From Phallusia mammillata (Eukaryota), in NCBI GenBank assembly GCA_965637545.1, contig OZ281498.1:12710001-12774000 (forward strand): 64,000 nt of DNA, read 5' to 3'. Position 1 is the stretch's first letter, and every line of letters starts with the position of its first letter. The notes beneath the pieces are model-generated. The model was given only the letters and a program-made list of their open reading frames with translations. It did no database searches and was not told the origin of the DNA. Shown piece after piece: positions 27,101 through 38,100 of this stretch. Made by a program: the position numbers and the translations under genes.

Positions 27101-29590
27101 AATGGGTGTTTTTACCCAAAGTTTGTCCGACTCGTTTTTCCATCAAATGTTTGATGGATTTGGCTGAAATTTACACAGATGGTAGATATATTCATGTAGA
27201 TGTGCATCCCACTTTGTTTTTGTTGATAACCCCAGTATTTACCCCGCTAGCCCCCTAAAATGGGTGAGTTTTTAAACAGTGTTAGAATTGGCTGAAATTT
27301 GGATTTCTTGTATAGTATGCCATTTATAGGTGTCGATTGTTGTGTTTAACCCTGTAGTCCTACATTTACCCCACAAGCCCCTAAAGTGTAAAACGTATTT
27401 GTATGTTACTGGGCACCATAGACGAAAGATTTCTTTGGAGCAATAGTGTTACAAGGGCAAGTTGTATGTTGCTCGTTGGTGGGTTGCTTGGTGGTTGTTT
27501 TTGCGCCATGGCAGTTAGGGGCTTGTTAACAGCCCTATGACGTCAGAAACAGTAACGGTTGTTGCTCAAAACACCTCTAGTGGTCGAAATTTTAAACATT
27601 GGCGGATTGGGCTGAAATTTTGCAGTACTATTGATTGAGTCATTGTGGTTTTTATATATTTTTTAGTTTGTGTGTCGAACCGAATTAGTTGCCCTACTAG
27701 CCCCCTAAAATGGGTCAGTTTTTTAAAACATTAAATAGGACATACTTCAAACAATATCTGGGGTGAATCTAATTTTGTAGTTTGTATTCTACATAGTATT
27801 ATTATTTAAGCCCAGTGCCAGTCACTGTGTTTTACCTTACAACACCAGACTTTCTCATGGTTATCTCTTGAATTGCATTATTTTCAACTTTACATGTGTG
27901 GGGACCCATGAGTTTTTGCCTGCAGAAACGACTAAAGTTATAAAAGACGATGGCTAATATGGGACTCAATACAAAATAAGCATAGGAAATATATTTATGT
28001 TTTAAAATAGGTTATAGTGTATATGCAAGGGCAATATGTGCTAAGCCACCCTTCTAGTTTTTGTTTAATTTTGAAATGCTTTATTTTCAGGACAATAAAG
28101 GACAGTTGTCAATCATTCAACTTCTGACAATGCTTCGAGGCATCGCAAGTGGAATGAGATATCTCTCCAGCATTAAATACGTCCACCGTGATTTGGCAGC
28201 CAGGAATATTCTCGTCAACTCAGATCTCGTCTGCAAAGTCTCCGATTTCGGTCTTTCCAGGACTCTCGAAAACGACCCCCATGCCACGTACACGACACAG
28301 GTACCTTTTTGTGGTCCTTAGCAACCATGGAACTGTAGCAAACAATTTTTGATTCATTGATGTATCGGATCGGTGTTTAATTACAAAACAAAAGTGTGAC
28401 GCTTTTATGGCGTAAGTTGTAGGACGTGGCGCAACTAATAAGTGTAACATAAGCTGTTGTTGATCGCGGCCTAAAATCTTCATAATAGACTTTTCTAACG
28501 GCAGTCAACACGATTTTTTTTCACGCCAACTGTTTTAGCCCCTTAAAACCTTGTGTAACAAGTTTTATTGTATTAAACAACAAATCCAATTTTAGGGTGG
28601 AAAAATTGCTATCCGTTGGACGGCACCAGAGTGCATACATTACCGTGAATTTACGTCAGCCACGGACGTATGGAGTTTCGGTATTGTCATGTGGGAGGTG
28701 ATGTCATACGCGGAAAAACCTTACTGGGACATGAGCAACCAACAAGTACTGGAAAACATCAATAAGGGAATGAGACTTCCTGCCCCAACTGTAAGGACTA
28801 TTTCATAGTCAAATCCAAAATTCGTGTTTTCAAAACCATAGTTTTAAACACTTATGTTTGTTCACAGGGTTGTCCTAAAATTCTCCACGACCTTATGTTG
28901 GAGTGCTGGTCAGCAGAAGCTGCAAAACGACCCCCATTTGCAGATTTAGTTCGCAATCTCGACTACTTGCTTGAACATCCTGAAGAGCTAAGTGACGTAC
29001 CAGCAGGTACATCACAAAGGCCTGATTATTCCAGAATCAGGTGAGTTTTGAAACTAAAGCACTATCTGATACAACAATCCACATTTCATAATTTTATTTT
29101 TTGTAAGATACGTTCCAAAAGTCTAACAATTTATTTCTCTAAAGGGCTACACCGAATCTTGGCCGTGCAATGGACAGAGGTCAAGTCAATACAGTGGAAC
29201 AGTGGCTTGATTTCCAACGTTTAAGTGGATACAGCGATCAGTTTCGGGAACGCGGAATCGACAGCCTTGAAAAAGTTTCAAATTTGACAATCAAGTAAGT
29301 TGGCTTCATTGTTATGCCTCGTCTGTTGTTAGTGTTTTTTTTTATTTAACATGTACTGTTTGTTCAAATTTTGTTCAAAAGCATTAATATTTGTTCGTTG
29401 CAGCGACTTGAAAAGTCTCGGAATCAACGTCACAATTCACGTGGATAGACTTGAAGACGGAATAAGGACATTAAAGCGCCACATGAGCACGTGTGAAAGT
29501 ACTCCGTGCAATTCAGCCAGAACATCCAACGTGTCAGACGCAATAGCGGAGGAAACTGATCCCCTACGTATGGAAAGCGCCGCTGTATGA
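12133..29590 (+). CDS. Eph: Eph receptor tyrosine kinase, paralogue 2 (complete, about 1056 aa): signal peptide, ephrin-binding domain, Cys-rich region, 2x FN3, TM, kinase, SAM, tail ESAAV
   Basis: 19 coding exons: 12133-12199, 14167-14237, 15585-15703, 16002-16241, 16306-16493, 16711-16821, 20455-20655, 23299-23410, 23479-23717, 24824-25002, 25485-25839, 25998-26120, 26189-26377, 26457-26518, 28091-28300, 28596-28790, 28868-29040, 29145-29294, 29404-29590. Total 3171 nt, in frame. Signal peptide [20 protein letters not shown]; ligand-binding motifs [33 protein letters not shown]; intact HRD and DFG. The first exon is the least certain. Confidence 0.93.
25380..25450 (-). mobile_element. tRNA-derived SINE-like fragment (Pol III B-box) in an Eph2 intron
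   Basis: The minus strand reads GTCGTGGGTTCGAATCCCACC (B-box/T-arm like), flanked on the plus strand by a 9-bp direct repeat AAGGCCTGC. No cloverleaf could be formed and the boundaries are uncertain. Confidence 0.45.
26686..27915. mobile_element. Helentron/HINE (DINE-1/pearl-like) non-autonomous element with internal satellite array, copy 1
   Basis: The left end ATGGGTCCCC-TTCCCTGAAGGGG-ACACATATTG contains the hairpin CCCCTTC/GAAGGGG. It is followed by a T-rich tract and three 158-159-bp repeats. The right end CATGTGTGGGGACCCAT (27893-27909) is the inverted counterpart of the left end minus the hairpin insert. The same termini recur at 40202 and 42211. Family assignment is by structural analogy. 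Confidence 0.7.
26802..27265. repeat. Tandem repeat, 3 copies of a 158-159-bp unit
   Basis: The unit start AAGTTTGTCCGACTC recurs at 26802, 26961 and 27119, with near-identical units. Confidence 0.95.
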
Positions 29591-30305
29591 CGTCAACAGT
29601 ACAAACAATGGTCATCCATAATGTCACTTGCTTCAAAGTCGGAAAATACTGGGCAGAAGTACGTGGAGGTGTAACTGAAACACGGCCCACTTCTATGTGG
29701 TGCCTTGAGAGTGTTTAATGCAAGAGTGTTCATTTGTTCCCTTTTTGTACCGTATTTATGTTCGGCTGCACCGGTGTTTTTGCCTCATTGCTTTCTTTAG
29801 TGCTTGGCTTTCCACAGGAATTTTCTGTCAAGGCTTGGGCTAATGGATTATTTTCTAAGCTTCAGCCCCAAGTATTAACTTCAGACCGTTAAGCCTCTTT
29901 ATGGGTCGCCCCTGAAAACGCAACTATGTAAAAGTGCATGGCGTCCAATTACGGATTAGCAGCAGTGGCAAGCGCTTATTGGTTGGCTCTTACTATTCAC
30001 TTTTTCCAAACGATATATATGCTCGCCTATGCACTGGTGAGCTGCTGTTTATCTATCTGCTTTGTTGTGCGCAATCAGTGCTTGATACCACATGTGTACT
30101 GACGTTCATTGTGATATTTTTCCTATTTCTTTTTTTTGCATCTTTCGTTAATAGACTATTCCTTCAAAGAAAAAAAAGTTTGGTGTTGTTGTTAGAAGCG
30201 ATTGAAAAGAAAGAAATGGCAGCATTCATTTATATCTTTCCAATTACCTTTAACTTTGGTATTCTTTGACAAAAACAAAACAAAATCTTGCACTCTTCAA
30301 TCTGG

Positions 30306-30311
30306 TTTATT
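30306..30311 (-). promoter_or_regulatory. Candidate polyadenylation signal (AATAAA) of astacin A
   Basis: TTTATT on the plus strand, 75 nt past the astacin A stop codon. Confidence 0.45.
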
Positions 30312-30385
30312 TCAATTCCACATAAGATACACAATATTTTTTAAATCCGGTCAATTGAGACAAAAATACATACAGTTTATAACTT

Positions 30386-33300
30386 TCACTTGAATTGGTT
30401 GTACAACACAACAAGTTTTCCATAGCGGGATTTGCAAACAAGGTCATCAAGGTTGTCACCATCAACGTCCATCAGCATCAAGCTGCTTTGCTGATCGATG
30501 CAAAATTCAGGAAAACTCCCTTTCCAGCTTAAATCTTCAGTGAATCCGTCAGCATTAGAAAAGGACACACGAATACTTCTGAAATAGATAAAAACAATGA
30601 ACTCAATTGGCCTAAATGCAGTGATTTGTTTCAGAATATTTTTAGAATAAACTATCCTCTTTTTAGTATGACTTAAAGTGCAAACGAACTAAAATGAGTG
30701 AAGAAAAGGTAAATAACCCACATCTGACCTTTATAAACTTTTTCCCGTTTTTAGTTCTTTTATTAGGGTGGTATTGTAACATATTGTTTGCCTATTTTTA
30801 CCTGCAATAGTACCAACTTTATAGAGCTCTTCTGCCAATTGTGTAGTTAATATTATGCCTGGCAGCAACATGCCTTTACATGCAGTGTAAAACCTTATCA
30901 CACAATATTTAACATTTTTACTGCCAAAACTTTACTTACCCTCTGCTTGGGCATTGACACAGTAAATCGTCAAGTCCATCTCCATTCAAGTCACCAGTTA
31001 CCAGAATTCCAGGCCCATTAAATGCTTTGCAAGTGGTCACAGGCTGCTGCCAGTCAACCGATGAAAATCTGCCGCTAGATGACGCCAGATACACAACCCT
31101 GAAAAACAGCTCGTTAATCTGGTTGTGGTTGAAAAAAAAACATTCAGTTAAATCAAAGCATTATTTTAAAATACTAACGTCCAGTGATCAGCATAATAGC
31201 ACAACAGATCTTCTCTGCCGTCGCCATTAAAATCTCCAGAATAAATACTTCCGTATCTGCAAATGTGTTCAGTTGAATTCCATTGCTCTTGGCCGAAGAT
31301 CAAGGTTTCTGGTAACAAAATAGGAGATTAAAAGACACTGTGAAATCTGAAAATTATTCAATATTAAAACTCACGTGACACGGAAGTGCAGTCATTCGTG
31401 TTGCAGGTTGATGATTGCCAAGCCTGGCCACTACATCCATTGTCTTTTGAAAATCCACCGGTACACTGTCTTTTTCTAAAACATTAGGTTCAATTAAAAC
31501 TCAAATTCTGCAGTGTCAAAAGTATAAATTGTGCAGGTATAATTTTATGCACTGAGACGTTTTTGCTAAATACCTCCATCTCACTCCACTTCCGCATGAT
31601 TTTGAGCAGTCTCCCCATGTTTGCCAGGATTCCCAAGTTCCTGTATTGGGATTCGTTGTCGTTGCGATTAGACATCTTTTCATTGCACAACTTTCTGTTT
31701 CCACCACCGAACCATTGCACTTCTTACTGATGCGTCCGTCACCCAAGCGACAAGTGCGTGTCCTAGTGTAAACTCCATTGCCACATGTTACCGAACAAGT
31801 GCCCCAAGGACTCCATTCGCTCCAGGTAGCTAAAAATAACAAATACGCGTTTTAAAGGACATGTTTATGAAGTAATAGTGACATTACAAAAACATGTTCT
31901 TAAAATTGGCAAGGCTTAGCGAAATTTTTATGTTGTAAAATTACATGTATCTCCCAAACATATCATTAACAAACAGAGGTGGCTGAAAAATTGGGAGATA
32001 TGTAATGTACACATAAATTACCTTGTAAAACTGATACAGGATTCACTGTAGCTGGACACTCGTACATTTTATTGATCTGACTGCTGTCATGTTCGGTGAA
32101 GCCATCGCGCTGAGATTGGACTGGTTTGTTGGTCGATCTTATCAAAATGGTTGGTTGAAGGTTTTTGGAAAACGCATAACCTCCATAATGCATCAGAGAG
32201 CCGATATCGTAGGGAGAACCAAAGGAGTTGACTGAGTTTCGAACGTTGAAATTATTTTCCTTTCCTATTGTGATTCAAGAGTTTGAAAACAAAGCATAAT
32301 AATATTGCATTGTAGATCAGTGCCATTTGTTGCTACCCTTAGCAATCCAGATATGGTACAATATATATATATTGACTACATTAGCGCGTATTGGGTCATG
32401 ATAATGTTCTTTATTTAGTAGCATATACTGTTCGGTCTTATCTACCTGCCATAACATTATCGATTTGTATGATAACATGTTCATCTCTATCCGGCCGAGA
32501 TTGTTCATGCCAGAATCCTAAAGCATGCATAAGCTCATGTTGTACAACTCCCTTCCATTCACAACCATTGCCTATGGATACATCTTGTCGGCCACCTCGA
32601 CGTCCAATGTACGACCTATAATACAAACTAGTATTTCCATTGGTGTCATGTAGAAAACCGGTAATTATTAGTGCTTTGTTTTGAACATTTGAATATATAT
32701 GTATCGTTATTTGCTTACTCACCAGCATCCTCCTCTAGAAACAAAATGAATATAATCTTCTTCATCGCTTCTTTCTACAAAATCTACGCAAGTACTATCG
32801 CCGTACGCTGATATCGCTTCTGAAATAGCTTCTTTAGCTTTGCTTGCTGTTGCAAAATAACGTATGGCGTCATGATAAACTGACGATTGTTTGGCGGAAA
32901 AAGAATCATACTTACACATTCCATCGCTAATTACATACGGGACCTTGACACGACCTTGCAAACGATTTTCATTCCAACGCAACAAACCCAATGAAGCCGC
33001 GTCTTGTGCACCGCTTGGCACTTTGAGATAATTCTGCATTTAAAAAACTTTACTTAATGTTTTGGTTTTGAAAAACATTCGTTATAGTCGAAAAACCAAT
33101 AGGAGGCGCATATATGCAGAAAATCCCAAGTTTGAGTACACTTTTTCAAATCAGTAGTTTTCTTAAAACTCAAAAAAGAAACTGTACGGTCGAAAAGGTA
33201 CATAAATATTAATTAGTTTGATACAAATACTTAAACCTAATAAATTCTTAAATTTACTCTTATTAGAAAGTCGTGATTAGATTTGACCTGTGATGTAACA

Positions 33301-33872
33301 CATAAGATAACTTTATTTTGTTTTATTTACCGTTTCAAATACAGGAACATCTTTAGCATCATATTTAATGTCCTCTTCGAAAAATCCACTTGATTTGCAA
33401 CTGCAACTTGTCTGACATCCGGCTTCGTCCATTTCAAAACCCATCACTTCACAATCGTTGGTGCATTGTGTCACATCAAAAGTGCAATCAACACTGCTTT
33501 GATGGTGAACCATACCTGTAAAGTATAACAGCAAATTTCCAAATCAGAAAAAAAATCTTTATCACAATTACTAAATTTATGCTAAAACTTGCCTGTGCTG
33601 ATTTGGAATTTTTTTAGTAAGAAATTTGAAATTTACGAGCTTACCCATGCAGAAGTTAATATCTATTGGACTTGGAGTATCAGCTCCGCTGGATTTCCTT
33701 AATTGCAAAGTTCTATAAACTTCATCACATACATCATAGCGCGTTGGGTTACCTGCAGAAAACAAAAATTATATAATTCAAACTTTACACAAACCCTAAG
33801 AGTAATAAAATATTCACCTAATACCGAACCAACTGCCAACACAGCAAAGATGCAATAGATGTAGGAGGACAT
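30386..33872 (-). CDS. Secreted astacin (M12A) metalloprotease A, about 613 aa: signal peptide, antistasin-like Cys module, astacin domain, 2x TSP1, 3x FG-GAP/VCBS-like repeats
   Basis: 12 exons (minus strand): 33872-33818, 33752-33645, 33515-33331, 33033-32916, 32846-32723, 32615-32446, 32264-32022, 31829-31574, 31475-31375, 31308-31179, 31098-30940, 30578-30386. Total 1842 nt, in frame. Zinc motif HELMHALGFWHEQSRPDRD, Met-turn SLMHY, TSP1 WSEWSPWGTCSVTCG, repeats GDFNGDGREDLLC / GDLNGDGLDDLLC / DVDGDNLDDLVC. An upstream in-frame ATG at 33902 is an alternative start. Confidence 0.93.
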
Positions 33873-34058
33873 TTCGTCTTTAGTGTTGTGAATTATCACC
33901 ATCTGTTAAAAACTTATGCTTGTTTGACAAATGAAATCGCATTTTTATGTAATTGCACGGAAGCACGTGATTCAATTACTTTGAATCACTTTCCTATTGT
34001 TGTGGTTGGATGAGGATTATCAAGTGACTGGATAACTAGATGACGTAATACCATAGAT

Positions 34059-34258
34059 CAGTGGTCGGCAACCGCTGGGCCGCGGCCCGGTACCGACGAG
34101 TTCGTTACCGCGCCGTATACTTTTTGAGGTTAAATGCTTCAAAACATTTTGCCCATGTATCCTGGGGATAATAAATTAATTTAGGCGTTTTCAAATATTT
34201 GTAGTTTTTGAAGGCCGGTCCGAGATAAAATTTCAGTTTTGAAAACGGTCCGCAGTAG
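34059..34258 (-). mobile_element. Truncated hAT-type MITE (same family as 63340-63574) between the two astacin genes
   Basis: Begins CAGTGGTCGGCAACC and aligns colinearly with the reverse complement of the 63340-63574 element. It stops at GGTCCGCAGTAG, lacking about 21 bp including the second TIR. Confidence 0.85.
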
Positions 34259-35150
34259 AAAACAGAATGACGATAGTAAAAACAAAAAAGATATTTTTGT
34301 TGTGGAAGTAAAAAAATTAAAATTGTTTGTAAAATACAATTATACTATGGAAGATCTTCTAAATAGGGACCTAATGTTGTGTCAATTTTGTCAGTTTGCA
34401 AATTACTACAAATATTGCTTACCATCACTGTTAAACAACTGCGCGGTGCCGATTTATTTTAAACCAGCTAACCACAATTTTTCTGTTGGTAGGACACTGT
34501 CAAATTTGGGTCGTGAGAAACGTTGCAAACAGCTGATTACTAGGTCAATAGTATTCGGAAGTTCGTTACTGCAATGACTTTTGTTCCATGCTCATATATC
34601 CCAAATTAAGAAAAATTGTGTTCGTGTTTTTTTTAAAGAAGAACTGTTTTGCTTTATTTGTTGTTTTCCACACAAAAAAACAACAAAAATATGATAACAA
34701 TTAGTAATTTCTCAAAACACCCAAAAATACTAATTAGAATAAATTTTTATTCATAGAAATGTGTTGGGGTTCCTTTGACAGAGATAAACAAAATATAAAA
34801 TATAAAACAATAAATTTGATTTATTTCATATATTTTACGGTATAAATCTTTTTTAAATCAAATTACCCATGCGGTTGTTGCGGTGGGCGAATGCATTAGT
34901 TTTAAATATGGTGTTATTGCAGAATCAGTGTTGTGGGAACGGAAACGGAAATCAAACCTTTGTTCCGATGACACATGTCGGTAAGTGCGAAAAAATGATT
35001 TCATTCGCTAAATGTTTTATCAGATGTTAATCCTGTGCTCATCTGGTTCGGGTTTCCTCAGTGTTGAAATGGAATTATGACAAATTGTGTTATGCTTATG
35101 CTTAGAAAGTCTCTTAATTTCAAATTAGGTATTTTTCTGTAAATCACAAC

Positions 35151-38100
35151 ATGACAACCTGCTACATTATTGCGTTTTTTCTTATTGTATTCAGCTCATC
35201 AAGAGGTAAGACTTGTTGCGTCGTACGATGTCAATAATTTTTTTAATGAAAGCTTTTTTTAGGCGAAGATTTGGGTTTTGATTTGTGTGAAGAAGTTTAC
35301 CGCATGATACGTACTGGGGAAGTCCCGGATGACGGTGAAACTCCAAATCCAATAGACATCACATATTGTTTAAGTCAGTTTAAATAAATACTTTGCAAAC
35401 TGATTTAAAACGGTTCATCGTTGTTCAATGTCACCCATTGATCAATTTAAACTAAAATATTCAGCAACTAAACTAAACGAATAAGTTACTACATTTTTAC
35501 TTGTGTTTTTTAAAAACTGAAAAAGATTACCCAATACCAAAACACTCCACATGACAAACTGGTCTTCGTTTCAAAACAAAACAGCAACAATACATTTGAG
35601 TAGATTGTTTTCAGCTAAACTTTGACGTTTACAATTTGTGGACGGACAGCTGGAGAGAGAGCAATTTTGAAAAAAAATGGGCTGAGGAAACCGACTTAAA
35701 AAAAATATTTGACTATATTTTTTGTAGGGAAACTGGAAAATGTACAAAAAGGTGAGTGCACTTTCAACACATCGACATGTACACGTGACTGCCACGTGCT
35801 GGGTTACGTCACTGATGAGCTGGGATGCGAGAAAAGTTGCGAATGTCAATCTAGCGGATTTTTAGAGGAAGACATAAAATTTGACCCGGCCGATTTGCCA
35901 GTTATTTTAAAGGTAAACTTTATTAATTAAGTTTGTATATAGCACTTGATAAAGCAAATACTTATTATTGTTCATAACACTGACAAGGGCTAGTCAATAT
36001 TTCATAAAAACGGCCAGAGAGATAGAAACATCGACGTTGAACGCAGCTGCTGAATGTGTTACGAAATACGAAGATCAGGACAAAACTGTTTCTATGTACA
36101 AATTACGTTTTGCTTTTATTGGCGTAATAACAAAGCATACATTTTTTTAACTTAAACTTGACCACAGAACTATGGAAAAGTTGGAAAATCTGCTCAAGAA
36201 GGTGCATCTGTGGGTCTGAAACGATGGGACGAAAAGCGAGTGCAGGGTCGAGTAAAAGTTGCGTATGTGATAAGCAGCGAAATGAGTACGTTTACTGTGT
36301 CTGCTCAAGTGCTGTTATCGTGAATTTTAACTTGGACTTGTTTAGACGACAAAGCCCAAAAATCGATAGCAGATGCGATCAGTGGTTATGCCACTGACAC
36401 TTGCATTGATTTTGTGGAACGCACTACAGAGAGGAACTACATTAAAATTGTGTCGAAGGGCGGATGCTGGTAAACCATGTATTTTTAATCGATAAAGAGA
36501 AGCAATAATAAAAATATTGCAAGACACCTTATTTCTGTTTCTATCATGTTGAATCTGGACACAACGCACTTTGGGCACCACAATACGTCGCTGTTGGGCA
36601 ATTACAACGAAATCTTATAGACCAGTGGTCGTCAACCTATGGGTCGCGACCCCAAGTGGGGTCGCCTAAACTTTTTCTGGGGTCGCAATAAGTCGCCGAA
36701 TTTAATTTATTGCATTTTAAAATTGATTACAGAAAATGAAACTAATATTATGTTCGTTTAGATCGCAAATTTTGCTCTTGTTTTGTAGCACAACTTGCTA
36801 CCTCCTGTTGCAATTAAATCGTGGTAGTGGAAAAACGGAAAATACCTTTACGCGTAACAATGGGTTTCGACAACGTGTATTATGACTCAACACTATAAGT
36901 TTGTGTTATTTAAGGTGACATCAGAACCAGTGAATTGTTATTTATACCCTACTATGCCAAATTTTTTCAATCCCGTTTTCAACCACGTGGCTGTGCGAAG
37001 CAGGATTTAGTGCAGTGAGTGTATTAAAAACGAAACATCGTAATCGATTGGAAGTGGAGCATGACATGCGGTTAAGCTTGTGCAAAGTCAAGCCGTGGCT
37101 TCAAAAACTTGTGGACAGTATACAGGCGCAACCATCTCACTAACAGTGCAAATTAAATGTTGAACAATTTGACAAGTTTGTGTTCCGAAAATTGGGTTTA
37201 TGTCTTAAAATTTAAGACTTAAATGAAACGCCTTAAAAACTTTTTTCGTAATACTTTGATATAGCCATTTTTTCGTAATAGGCCTACTTTTGTATCGCCA
37301 TATTTGTTTGTAATTATGTACAGTTTGTGTAATTGTTCTTTCGGTTCAGCATTACTTAAAACATTTTTCTCAGTGTTGAAAAAAATGGGGTCGCATGTAA
37401 ATTCTGATTACATTTTCCCTTAAATTGGGGTCGCCTATAAAAAAGGTTGAAGACCACTGTTATAGACTATAAACTATAAAGAGTATAGACGAAGTATAAG
37501 CAAAAACAAAGCACAATTTAACAACTTTATTGTTACTAAAAGCGTTCTGAAATGATTTGTAGGTCGTATGTTGGAAGACATGGTGGACCACAAGAGGTGT
37601 CAATCGGCAATGGTTGTGAATGGAAGGGAGTTGTGCAACATGAATTCATGCATGCTTTGGGATTCTGGCATGAGCAATCACGACCGGATAGAGACGAACA
37701 TATTTTAGTCAAATTTGAAAATGTGGCACAAGGTAGTTTGTCCATTACAAAATTTTACAAATTAGGTCCAACACGATATTAAAAATTGACAAATATACAC
37801 ACATAAAATTACTGAGTTAAATTCACACAGCCTTAAATAATTGGTTGCTTTTAGAATGTGAGTTTTGGCTAAATCTTAATGATGTCCTGACAAATATTTA
37901 AGCGCAGCTACCATTTTCAGGAAAAGAACACAATTTCGAAAAACGTGTTGCAATCAATTCATTGGGATCACCTTACGACATTGGTTCAGTTATGCACTAT
38001 GGCGGATATTCATTCACAAAAAATCGCCAACCTACAATCGTTGTTAAAGCGACAAACCAACCAGTGCGATCTCAGAGAAACGGTTTATCGGAACATGACA

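Noticed and set aside
26802-27265. Regular repeats as a CRISPR array (also 40347-40845)
   Set aside because: Whole 157-159-bp units repeat with no unique spacers, there are no cas genes, and the context is eukaryotic. These are satellite arrays.
34926-34953. CAGTGTTGTGGGAACGGAAACGGAA as a MITE end
   Set aside because: No matching second TIR or TSD was found, and it is too short to call.
37563-37732. Gene conversion between the astacin zinc-motif exons (29 identical nt)
   Set aside because: About 10 differences in 99 nt around the motif, and many residues there have 1-2 codons, so protein constraint can explain it. The evidence is weaker than for the Eph tract.
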